Origin: Raillietiella orientalis
Lineage: Eukaryota
DNA: 64,000 nucleotides
NCBI GenBank assembly: GCA_036172245.1
Contig: JAYWIR010000031.1
Coordinates: 1,860,001 to 1,924,000 of the forward strand
Direction of reading: 5' to 3'
Position numbers and translations under genes: made by a program. Below, piece after piece: positions 39,407-51,749 of this stretch (the first letter of the stretch is position 1; each line of letters starts with the position of its first letter). The notes under the pieces were generated by a model. The model was not told where the DNA came from. It did no database searches and saw only the letters and a list, made by a program, of their open reading frames with translations.

Positions 39407-40829
39407 GTCCCAGCGTCGAAACGGCCGTTGGCAACCACTGGCATTCCCTGCGATATCCATAAATGAATTTTTTTTTTTTTCTGGAGCAGCGTCTCAAGGT
39501 TTCCGACGGACACATCCTAAGAAAAACAATCCAACAGTCCGCACAATCCAAGGATTCGATTTGCACAAACGATGTTCCTCTGAGTTATGCAAATAGAACT
39601 TTTGATTGAAGTTCGAGTGGTGGGATGCAAGGAGGAAGATTGTTCGAGAGTCTGCAGAGACCTACGTGGCGTTAATGTGACACGACCGCTGATTTCTGGG
39701 AGCAATGCGTTCAACACTTTCACTCAGGAGCCCCCGAGCTCCATCATAGATGGCGCGCGTTTTCATAAGGCCATGGAGGAAGTCGCCACTACTCCGTGAT
39801 TTCCAAGCTTCCAAGCTTCTGCTTCGTTTGGTGGATCTGGCGACCTGAAGGACGACAGTTGCTGACCATGCCTAGGAAACGAGCAGCCTGCAGCCCTTTC
39901 GCTCAAGAGAGTTCGGAAGCGCACGCATCAGACGATCGCCGAGTCAGACACGCTCCAGCATTTCCGGCTGGTCACTTTGGCTGCAAATGGGTGTGGGTTT
40001 CTCCGGACCAATCAATGCCCAACCAAACAGGCAGTCTTGCGAACTGACCCGAGTGAGACTCTTTCCTACGTCACTTCAAAGGCAGCGCCTTCTTTCTTGA
40101 TTGTAAGAGGTTAGTTTATAAGAGGTGAATGATGGCCTCTTTTTTTTTTTTTCTTTCTTTGTAAAAAAAAACAAAGAGCAAAGATAGGAAGGCTGGAAGC
40201 TGCTTCTCGAAATGCTGAGACTATTATGTCTTCAAAGATAGCAGATCATGAAACGTTCTAAAAGCATGAGCGCACTTGCGGTCTCTCCATCCTAAGGGGA
40301 GAAATAGAAACTGCTTGCTGGAAGCGAAGCAAAATCATCAGTGATCATCGGTTGATCGGCTGATCAAGATGCAACCAGTTGACTTCTTGTACTGCACAGA
40401 TGTTGCATCCTTGCAAGGTTGCGCCTCCACGTCCTAACGAACGTGCGTGCATAGCCCTGATGTCTGGGTTCGGGCACACGATGTCTCGTACTGTGTGATA
40501 CATTAATGCATACACACTCTGGATGTAAACGTATGAATATAGATCTACGCGTGACATTTCAGACACGCACACGTATGTACTGGGTTGGTGTTGCAGAACC
40601 GCTCATCGATATGTAGAGCGCCCGTTTGAGCATGCTTACGTGATCCAATTACTCCCTTTGACTAGGAGGGCTAAGTGCATTCTCATGGCGTCCATCACTG
40701 TTTCCAAAGAGCCAGCGAGAGATCATGAAGTGCTTAGTGAATAACAACACAACAGGTGTTCCAGCAGAACAACTGTCCGAACAAACCAATTGTAGGGAAC
40801 ACCTGTTGCGTTGTTATTCACTCAGCTTC

Positions 40830-41070
40830 AGCATCCAAGTGAACAACCATCCGAACAGACCAAGGTAGGGGTTGCTGCTTGAGCTAAATGGCCTTGCTGA
40901 ATTTGTTTCGATCGTGGTGGGGAGCGACCGAGTTTGGAAGCCCTTCCGTGTCACGGGAAGAACAAGCAAACTGTTCGGATGGAGAGAAATGATCTTCCTG
41001 AGGAACAACAATCTTCCGGTTGCACGAGAACCCGCGGAAGCATATAGATTTTTGATTGGAAGCACGCACG
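40830..41070 (+). pseudogene. HAD-family (Gph-like) phosphatase remnant
   Basis: VNNHPNRPR*GLLLELNGLAEFVSIVVGSDRVWKP resembles the stretch from HAD motif II to motif III (TNKP...LL..LGL..YF..VVG.D...KP). Confidence 0.45.
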
Positions 41071-42149
41071 CGGTGCTTTCTATTCTGGTGAATCATAGTG
41101 GCCAGCGGTCAAGAAAGTACGGTCGCAGTTTGCGGGGGTACTTTCGTCGATCTCTCCCGTCTTTGTCCCCTTTGCAAGAATTCCGAAACCCAAAAGCAAA
41201 AGTTCATCGCTTCTTCCTTTCTCTACTTTCTCTCTCTCTCTCTCTCTTTTGGAACAGCTTAATTTCGTGAGGAGATCACGTTGTCTTGTGAAGTGGCGAG
41301 TTGGAACTCGGAACAATTTTCAAGTATGAGAAAAAAATTCAACACGAAACCTCGGTGGTGGTATTGGCATCTGCATCGTGCACCGCACTGCTGAACGGTA
41401 GAAGACAAAATTAATGGAACAAAGAATGAAACCTTTACTCAAAAACACCGTGATGTCACGAGCAGGTGAGCTTAAAGGGCTCCTTCCTTCGGCGTGTTTT
41501 CGCTCTTCCGTTGCAACGAGAAATTTAATGAGCAGTGTGTCGTATGGAATCACGAACCTTCTGTCGGGTGCATTCTGCACTTAACAAAAACACTGACGCG
41601 GAGTTGATAAGTCTAAGGGTATCAGCAGCGCATTTGGACAAACCCACGAGTAGAGCGAAATGTCTTCCATCCAAAACATATCTCAAAGGCATTCTCACGT
41701 TGGTGCGTCCACAGGGATGGTTTCCAGGTGATGACACTCCCGTTGCATGACTCATTTCAGGGCGCCCTTGGAACCACAAAGCCAAACCGATTCCCGTGGA
41801 CTCCCAGCTCCCTCCACAACGCGGCTCTTAAATCTCTGTACCGATGCTTCCGTAGCCTTCAACGCACTGCGTGCCTCGGATAAAACCGGAATCTTCCACC
41901 ACAGATACATGCGCCACACACACAATTTTCCACAGGGAGAGTTGAAGAACCCCATAACTTGTGGAACCGCAGGGCTCTTGTTGGGAAGAGGAACTCATCA
42001 AATGAAAGAAACAATACAGATGCGAACAGAAGAGGATTCTTCAATGGTTTCAGAAGGTTCCGAGGTTCGCTTCTTCTTTCCAGAGCTTTCGAAAAGACCC
42101 TGTATGAGTTCCAAAGCAACGGCAAATGACATCGACCTCTTTGAATGAA

Positions 42150-42245
42150 GTCTCCTCAAAATTCGAACACCAGCATGAGACGGAACTTATAGTGGATGTT
42201 CTTCTGGAAGCTGGTTCAACGATGGACGAACTCATTCAAGATCAA
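42150..42245 (+). pseudogene. Possible ankyrin-repeat remnant
   Basis: QHETELIVDVLLEAGSTMD resembles GH.EIV.LLLEAGADVN. Confidence 0.35.
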
Positions 42246-45200
42246 TGGATTCCTTGATGGATCTTTGAATTATCTCGCGATTTGAGGGGGAAAAAGGAAA
42301 AATTTCCCGATGTTCTGTTCTCGAAACCACTTGATGATGCAGGGTGGTGGTTCCTCTGGCCACACTTTAGTGAGCAGACCAGGATTCTCGTGCGTCCACT
42401 CTCCTCAAGAACGGATCTTTTGCGATGCACTCGAGCACCAGAACTTGAGCGGTTTGACGCGCCTCCTTCGAATGGAGCGATCGATCATCGTGATACGTCA
42501 AATTGGGATGTCGCTATCCCACATGAAAGGGTTCCCTTTGCATAGAGGACGTGAGCAAGGAAACCGTTTTGCGCTTGGATGCAGGAAGACCGAAAATGGT
42601 CACATCCCCCTTAGAAGCCTGGTTGCCTTCGAAACCAGTGGAGCTAAAGCACTCCGAGAAGCTCGTTCTCTCTCGGCGACTTCGTCGTCTGTCCATCTGC
42701 TGGAAGCGAAAACAAGAATCCCACTCCTATTCTGCCCATCCGCTCCCGTCCCGGCCTGCAGGTCTTCACCATATGACCTAGTTTGGGTTCTTTCCACGGC
42801 TTCTCCCTTCCCTCTTCCAGCTGATGCTTAAGGAAGCCATCGTTTAAACCACTTCTGTGTTCCTTACACTTCTGGTAGCCAAGCCGTTTGGCGTTGCCCC
42901 CTGCGTGCATAGTTCCTCTGTTCCCTTTTCGAGATTCCCCCGAGAAGCCTCGTTCTTCGGTTTTTGATTTCTCCTCAGCAAGGATTCGATCACTCGGCTG
43001 CAGCCTGGGAAGAGCTCCTACATGACTGCTGCCACCATTGCATCTAAAAATGGCAAACACTTTCAGCGGGAACGGAAGAAGCATTGGGTGGAACTCCCAA
43101 TAACTTCCTTCCAGAGCGAATGATTCCAACAAATAGGTCCGTGGGAGTACCTTAAGACAAACCCTCCAAAACTTTGGAAATGGGAATTTGGGAAAATGTC
43201 AAAAATTTTCGTACCTGCAACTGATACTAGAGAGATTCAGCAAGATTGGACGCTGCTTCCGTATAGATGCATACATCCGGAAGCAGCATCGTTTATTCTG
43301 GGATGTCGAAAGCGAACATCCTGGAGTCCACGCTGCATATCGTAGGAAACGAGTGAATACCCCTGCAGACGTATATTCCTCTCTCTGCTCCAGCAGGCAG
43401 ACTCTGCACCACAAAGGTGCCGTGCGAGTAGGTGGGAATCGCGCAAGAGCACCGCCCGCCTTCCTTTCGACGTCGAAGAATTTCGCCAAGGAATGAGAGA
43501 GCTTCTCTCCGAGTGCAGCTGGCATGGTGGGACTCCTCTTTTTGAGTGACCCCTGCTCGACTTTTAGCCGGACGTCATCGTGAGTCGCCAAACCCTATGA
43601 ACCTTTATTGGAGCTCATGCGTATACCATCGGCATGGCCCACGATATACGGAGACCAAGGCAGCGACGAGGAAGCTGGCAGATGCACAACAGATTTTACG
43701 ACAGGAAGGACGGTTTGGATAACAAGGATGGAAAGGATGAAATGCAAGCGAGACCGAAAAAGCCCAGTGGATCGAGGCCACTTGCTGATGCATTCAAAGG
43801 ATGGAAAATTCCAAGCGCAAAGAGCTGAAGCCCGCCACCGCCATCATGCATTACTTTTTGATGTGTGGTTTCCAAGGTAGCTTGCAGAGGCACCTTCAAT
43901 GGACCCCAGGAACAGATGACTGCTGAAACGAAACTGCGAGCAACGCCTGGAAACAGACTTGGCCTTCTTGGAAAAACAGGCAGTTTAAAATGCAAAGCGT
44001 TGCACACATCTCATTATACAGGGAAAGGGGGTTCCTTTTCGCTAATATCCATAAACTCAGTCAATTTTCCATTAAAAAAGGGAATTTTTTCCTGAAAAAG
44101 CCTTTGACCTCTGAAAAAGAGGAAAACTAAAAAAGACTTTGAAAAATTATGAAGGCAGCCTCAATGAAACGGAAGGCTCATAAATATGCTCCAAGGAGCT
44201 CAAGAAGATCTACAACTCATTGGGGAAAACTTCGGTTTTTTGGGATGCGAGTGAATCACAGGAGCAAAAGCCGTGTTCTAATAACAAACGCATCTCAAAT
44301 ATGCGTCGACATGGAAGTCGCACACGGTTTGAAAGGGAATCTTCCATCCCTGGTTGTCTTCCCCACAGACTGCCTGCGATCAAACGGACAAAGGAAAAAG
44401 CCCGTGGCGCTTTGGCTTTCAGATGGGGATTTGGAAATCCAAGTTTTGAATCGGATCATTCATTCAGTGTTTCACGAAAGACACAGCATAAGACATCATC
44501 ATAATTAACACATTCCTCTATCGATAGAACACGTCGTCGATAAACCATTCAACACGGTGCTGTTCTTGCAAAGAAACTGTGGGGCAGATGAAAATGCAGC
44601 AGCATCGAAATGCCGAAAGAACAGGTGAGATCGAATTCCCCGTGACAGTGGAACAGGAGTCTTCATCTTCCCGTTTTCGTCGGAGGCAAAATGAACAAGA
44701 ACAGCCAGGAGGAGAAAGGGAAAGCGTCTCCGCTGAGACAAGGCGAACAGATCGCAAGGGCATGTGGGTCACTGCGAGGAACTCTGCAGCCGCACTCGCC
44801 TGGCTACGGAGCTCCTCAGAGATCCAGGCGCCAGATCAAAAATCGCGGCGGATGAGGTTCCTCCATCCAGAACTGTGCCAGAACAGGAAAGACACTGCTC
44901 TTCCTATATAAAGTGAGGGATGAATAAAAACCTCGTGTGTTTCCGCGGAAACCGGGTGATGCTCGAAGCAACCTGTTCCCATTAAATCAAGAGGAAACTA
45001 AAGGACTAATTCTTTAGGGTCCTCTTATGCTAATTTTTTGCTCTATTTCCATAAGTTCGCTTCTCGTGGCAGGAGGCCTCCTTCTTCTTCCTTTTTTTTT
45101 TCTTTCTGGGTAAATGATTTTGATGAACTTTCTTTATTTCTCTTAGAAACTGAAGTTTAAGGTCTCCAAAATGAAAAGAAACTTCCTTTGTACCGAAGCC

Positions 45201-47599
45201 ACGGAGTGTACGCACTGTAAAACCGCCACCGGAACTTGAAATAAATTATGGGTGATTAACTCTGATGCATTCCAATACCCTGTTTACGTCGGATTGACTT
45301 GGTGGGAATGTACCAAACCATCTGCTTCTTGAGGTCAGCTGCTTGCTTCTTCAGAAGCAGGAAAACTATGATTACTCTGAGGCACTGATCTTGAGAATCC
45401 ATGAACCGGTGGTTTCATCTCAGCAGAAACGACCGCATTTTAGACTTTGACTAAAGTTTTTCGTTTATTTATTTTTTTTCCCCCTGGAATTCGAACGATT
45501 ACATCGACTCAGACGAAGCGATGTATTGGAGACTGCATTTAAAAACACATCCGGAATTCCTCCCTGTTTTAAGCAGCACAAAAGTAAAGCAACGATCTCT
45601 TGATAAGAGCTCATTTTGGAGCGATGGATTTCGCTTCTGCATTTAAGCTCAGATCCAGACCCAAACAAGATATTCCCACTGGACCACTCAAACCTCCACA
45701 AAAAAAAACGTTGGATAGACTCGTTTTCCTCGAATTCACCTTCTACGGCAGGATTTCGATTTCCTGTTTTATCTTCTCCCCTGCCGTCTCTGATTGCATT
45801 ATGGCAACAAAGGGAAAAAACACTCTTACTGTCTTAATGCACTGATGGTGACACGAGCAGAAACCATAGAGAAGATGAAAACCCCGTCTCCCGGGAATCA
45901 GAAAGGCAATCTTCCTCTCAGATGCTTTCGAGATGTCATTGCTAATTCAGAAGCAATGATAATATTATTATAATGTAATCAGATGAGAACCAGAGAGATC
46001 ATATGGGTCATGAGTTGCCACGAAACGTTGTCTTCTAAGGATGGATCCTAACGAGGAATTGGTTCCACTTTTGATCAGCATCATATCACGTAGGTCATCA
46101 TAGAATGTTTGCAGCTGTTGCAAGTCATCTTGGACGTCATCTTGGACTCTAAAGGGCAAACACGCAGGTACTCTTATTGCATCATTCTTGTACGCAGCAC
46201 TTGATGAAGTTTTTCGCCGCATGGTCACTCGAGCAGGAACAGGGACGGCGTCGCATCCGTATCGAACAGAAAGTGAGATGGAAACTACGTGGAAACGGAC
46301 GTGACTTTTAGCAGACAGCGCAAGCAAACCAAAGATTTTGAGGACGCCGGACACAAAAGTCCCGTGAAATTTCCGCGAATCGTTTTGCAAAGGAAGCCAT
46401 AGGGCGACAGAAAGGTTGCCCACTTCCGAGGTCCAGAGCTTCCGGTCTCGTGGCAGGAGGGCGGTTTCGTCACCGGAGAGGGCCCGGTCGAGACGGGCGG
46501 CAAAGGTGACCCAGGGTGGTCTCCTCGTCGGACAAGTGCGGGTGACCCCTTCGCGTACGCGATTCTGGATCCCCAAACCTCCTGCACGTCGAAGTGCGGC
46601 GCCGAAGTTTCGGTGCACTGCACGCGCGCGCAACCGCATTCGTTCCCTCAACGGCGGCATTTTTGCGCATGCGCGTGGCGCCTCTCTCGATCGGAAACGC
46701 CGCGCAGCAAGCAGGCGAAAAATCCCCATGGAAAAATCATGCGCATGCGCGTAAGCGGACGTGCGTATACTTTTTTCCCGTACAGGCAAGCGTGTAAAAA
46801 CAGATACGCGTGTGTACATTTGCACACGACGGAATTCCTGCTTACGACGGTCAGCACGTTTCGATCGTCTCCGTTTCCACAGATGCAACGCGTTTAGAAA
46901 GATGGCGACGGAGACGACCTGCGAAGCTCCTCGTTGTTCGTGGGCCGAGAACGAGTAACCACCGCGTATGCCTGTTGGTTGCACGGCTTCGAGGGACCCA
47001 CGTGTGGCAGATGCACATTCCAACCACAACGAGCCGCAGTTCTGCATTTTTTTTTCGAATGGAAATTCTAAACTTTGAAGCTATGTTGAAGTCCTGGAAG
47101 AGCTTCTAGGGGGGGGGGGGGACAAGATCCTAGAATATCATGGTGACCTGATCGTGGAAGCCTACATTATTGCTGATTAGTAGGAATGTCTTGAGGAACT
47201 GAAACCAGGCATGCTGATGTGCTTCGTAAGCATCAATGACACTGCTGAACCTCAGAGAAACGCATCGACTTGCGACCCATTGCGACACGTCAGCCTTAGA
47301 AGCCCCGAATGAACATTGGAGTGACGCTGCCAGCATAAAGATATGCATAATACTCTTGATGACGGAATGATTACTCTTGATGACACTATACGAAGCACGG
47401 ATCCATGTTCGCACCAGTTCTCTGCCTCCACTCTTGCAGCCGCTTGATTCGAGGTTCCCGGTTGATCGCAAAACTAACCGGTTCTTGTGTTTCTCGGCAA
47501 ATCACCATCGGTGCTCTTTGGAATGGGCATCCACAGAATTCTTCTCCTTCTTACTTATTCGCTCTTTCCAGAAAAACAGATGAAGACACGCCTTCCTTT

Positions 47600-48250
47600 C
47601 AAATACCTCCGCAGCGAATGCTGTATTTTTTCCCTGCTTCTTACTGAGAAGCAGTTCCTTCATCCACATTTTCCAGGAAGAGCAGCCACTTTGCTGAAAC
47701 GATGCTAATTGCAAAGACTTGTTTCGCCTCGTCTTCAGACTTGAAGCGGAATTTCCTTCCCACACGGGGATTGAGGTTTTGTCGGCGGTACTTTAGAGAG
47801 TCTTGTTCACACCCACGCCATGCTTTTACCAACAAAGTGTCCTCTTCTCCGCGGCCTCCCTGAGGATCCCCCATTTCCGGTTTCGCTTCTCTGGAAAGGG
47901 TGGAACATCTGTACCTTTTTCTTCCTCCTCCCCTCCGTTAATCGCACGAGATGGAAGCTTTGGGCGAACTGCGTTCAAAGGAAAGCGGATGTTTGCGTGG
48001 GCATCTGCGTATTCTCTTGCTCCCGGAATCATTCTCGGATCTTCGCGGATCCGTGCCTGCTCCCTCATCGCCAGATTCGAACCGCAGCAAAGGGCTTGGG
48101 GGCGCTCCCTCGAACGGGATGCCTGCAACCATTCCCGTGCCTTCCGATGTGTTCTTGCTGCTCTTACACCGATCGCGTGGCACTGCCGCAGCTTGAAACT
48201 CTCCATACTTCTGGTGACGACTAGGGACTTCTGAGGGATGCCCCACCGCT
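47600..48250 (+). mobile_element. Possible LINE ORF2 C-terminal fragment
   Basis: FLPTR... followed by KCPLLRGLPEDP (LPT...CPLC...ED-like) across frameshifts. Confidence 0.3.
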
Positions 48251-49709
48251 TCGGTCGAAGCGTCCTATTTTGATCGAAAAATGGTGCTGGACATTCTCTC
48301 CTTTGAAACCCTTCCTGAGGAAGTCACGTGCAACTGCAACAGCGCCCTTTGCACTCTGTTCCAAGTGGCCGGCGCCCAGATGATTTCACGCCTGATAAAA
48401 CCGATGCATACCCGGAATTTACCTCGGTTTGTCTACTGCTGGGGTGTCTCCCAGTGCTCTGTTTGAGTGATGGTTCCGTATATCAGATTGATTCTTGCCT
48501 CACATCCTCCTGATTTCCTTAATTCTGGCGATTCCGAGAATGTCCAGAATTCTCCTGTTCCCGCAGGCTGGACTCGCAGCGCATCGATGAAGATACCAGG
48601 CAGCTGACGTAATTTGCCCACCCTTCTCCCTAGGTCACCCACCGAAATTACCTACAGTTCTTCTCAGCATGTCCTTGTGATTTCAAGTCGCTGTCTCGAG
48701 ATGAGCCTCTTATCGGTAAGAACCGTTGCTGATTCGTTCTTCTGGTGATTTCTTGTCCTCAAAAAAGAGAAAGAGGCTGCGAGAAATTTTCAGTTGGCAC
48801 TGATCGGCCGCATGAGAGAAAACGACCTGGACTGATGATGTCCTCCGAACGAAGTCCGCGTCTGCGCAAAGAATGAGACCGATCCTCGCAACGATGAAGG
48901 AGCCAAACGCTTCCTGCTCACTCCCGTTGCTGCCAATTCCTCGTTTCCGATAGCCGAAGGGTGTTTTCGGCTGCCGATCAAAAAGGCACCTTCAACACCG
49001 GACTGTGAAACACGGCATTTCCGTGCCATCCCACGAGGGAAAAGAGCGCTGCTCGACTGCACCCTCTTCCTTCTTACAGTTCACCTCATGCCGACTCTCT
49101 AGAAGTCCCGTTCGACGACTGCTCCATCCCCGTTTCATTTGCATCCAGGGACTCTGCAGCAGCTGGCACACGAAGAGCCTACGTGCAATGTTCATAAATC
49201 ATCGGCTGCCATGTTACTCGTTCCGTCCGATACGCATTTGCAATTTGGCTCAGAGGGTTCGCATAGAGTGCATCCCCGATGTGCACATCCAGGAAGAAAG
49301 CACCTCGAAAATCCCAATTTCTTCACGAAGATCGTGGCCTTCGGCCTGGAGACTTCCGCTTGTCTCTTCGCTACCGATGGAATGGTCGAAATGAAGAAGC
49401 TGTTGTTACCTCCTTGAGAAGGGGAGGAAATGCACGAATTCGAGGTCCTGGTTATTCGGGAATCTGTGTCACCATCTCAACCCTCGCCTGCCAGAATTCC
49501 CGAGCCACTGCGTTTCGTCTGCTCCGAAACCAGGCGGGAAGCATCTTGATGGGACACGAATTGTCCAGCGAATCTCGGCGTGAAACTGAATTTTGGCTCG
49601 CCACCATCGCTTCCTCGTGCTTCTTGATCCCACTTCTTGATCCACTGGTTCGGTGTACGCCCCAAACGTGAAGCAAGGTTGCTTGAAAAGGAAGTCACAA
49701 GAAGAGGTA

Positions 49710-50076
49710 CAGTGGTACTTCGGTACTCGACGGCGTCGGAACGCATCCCTCAGTACTCGCCGCATTTTGACGAAGTTTCGACACTCGGCGCGTGCTCGGT
49801 ACTCGACGCCCCACTCTCATGATGAAACGAGTGAGCGCTTTAGTGTCATGGTAGCTCGCGAACAGTGCCGAACACTTCCGTAGAGTGCCTCCCGAATCGT
49901 TCCTTTTTCTGTGCTCTCTGTACGCTTTAAGCACAGAAATTTGTGCATTTTAAGCGTTAATCGTGGGTCCTAAAAAGGATACCATGAACCTAGAAAGGAA
50001 CTCGTTCGGTATTCGTCGGTTTCGGCACTCATCACGAGGTCCGAAATGAATTACCGACGAGTACCGATGACCACTG
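49710..50076. mobile_element. 367-bp MITE with CAGTGG-starting terminal inverted repeats
   Basis: Left end CAGTGGTACTTCGGTACTCGACGG; reverse complement of the right end CAGTGGTCATCGGTACTCGTCGG. Flanked by TA on the left and TG on the right, with repeated subterminal CGGTACTCG-like motifs and no coding capacity. Confidence 0.82.
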
Positions 50077-51749
50077 TGCTTTTATCGCCTAGAGAAGGTT
50101 GAACGTCAGTGTAGTCGTTTCCTTCTGAAAATGCTTCGATAAGCTTCAGATAAGAACCATCCAAATCTCTGAATTTCCCCAGGACACGTTTCATGAACTC
50201 GAAAAAGATGGCTAATAAATAGCCCCACTGTAATTCCGTTTGGTGCTCTCTTCCGTGATCACCGGCGATGGATCTGCTGTCACGTGAGGGAGAGGAGCAT
50301 CGAGACCACGGACTTGGCTTGCCCTGGTCACACCTCGTCCGTTTCTAACAAAGTTTGTTTTGAGTGTGTGTGCGTATGACAAAAACAAGTTGACCCCACA
50401 TCATTAATAAGAGACGAATTTCCCGATGCCTTAAATATTATCCCAAAGAGACTCCAGAATGCGATTTTCTTCCCCCATGTTTTAATAATGACTTAATTGT
50501 TGTTGATTAACATTTTCTGCGTTGGTAATACTATTGGTTCATTTCGATTCGCAATTACATAAAGGAGCACAAGTGAGAGATTTCCTCCTGGATAGAACTC
50601 TTGTTCATTCTCTTGGGTTTGCGGGATCCTCCGGCACAGAGTTCGTGTCGGGATTTTTGGGCCTTCTCTTTTTAATCTCTTCCTTACAAGTGTGAGCTGT
50701 ATCCATTATTCCTGCAAAGAACTCAGTCCAAATGTTTGCAATTCAAAATGCGTACGGAAGGTTTGTCTCATTGATTCGGGTGTTGCATCACACACAAAGT
50801 TTGCTTTTCAATACGAGAACATTCGTTTCAAGTCGTCAGTTCCCTTTGCGATTTGTTGCATCATCCTGTGTAGCACGCACTAAAAAGCTCCTGGTCTATC
50901 CCTGGTTGCTGATCCAGGGATTCGAGATGGGAAGAAGCGACATAATGATTCTATTGATGTTGCTTGGGCTACTCACGCCTAGATCACTTGAGCTTGCAAG
51001 AGTGTTCCCACACCCTTTTTCACGCACTTTGGGAGGGAAACATGTAAGAATGTTGGGGAACCGGGACTGTATATCTCTATCCAAAGAAGCGTGGGCTCGG
51101 TTGGATGCGATTCTGATGCTGTACTTCCTTAGCTACCAACCCATGTTGGTCATAAGCAATGTTCTTGTATTTGTTGGGAGTAGGGTCCATCCCCGGGAAT
51201 GGACAGAGAAGCAGCTTGATATCTTCTTTCATTTCCTCGTCGTCAGCGCAGGCAAGATCTTTGTCTCCTACGATCACCTCGTGGTTACTTTGACTGCATT
51301 ATTTGTCCTTCCTTCATGCAGGAATCGTATGCTTTCTTGTGCTTCATCAGCATCTTGAGAGCGGGTCTTGTTCTGAATCCTTGGTATGCAAACATGGCTC
51401 TCGATCTGGAAGCCAAGAACAGCCATCTCTCTTGAGGATCTCATGCCCCGTCTCGGTTAACCAATTCCTCCCTATCAGAGGCCATGATATCATCCCAGTA
51501 AGAAGAACCACGGGAATCCATGATTTCTGAAAATCTCTCAATTATGTCGTCAATGCAACCACCTGCTTCTTCGATTGGCAACACAAGCAATGTCCCTTGT
51601 GAGCAGAGTTTGCGGAATTAAGGAGTGAGATTCAGCTGCTCGCGCATGGAGTGCTGCTGCTCCCGGAAGAATTCACACTGTTGCAATGCTGTGAGGATTC
51701 AGCGCTCCATGGCGCATTGGAAAGTTGCTGATTTAACGGGTCCCGGGAA

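Noticed and set aside
43300..43390. TPADVYS as protein kinase subdomain IX
   Set aside because: No HRD, DFG or APE motifs in register.
45968..47047. 359-aa minus-strand ORF
   Set aside because: No recognisable domain; it overlaps several other ORFs in a GC-rich patch.
50700..51550. Possible DDE transposase remnant (IKLLLCPFPGMDPTPN; LKRDGCSW)
   Set aside because: Only vague similarity; catalytic motifs could not be placed.
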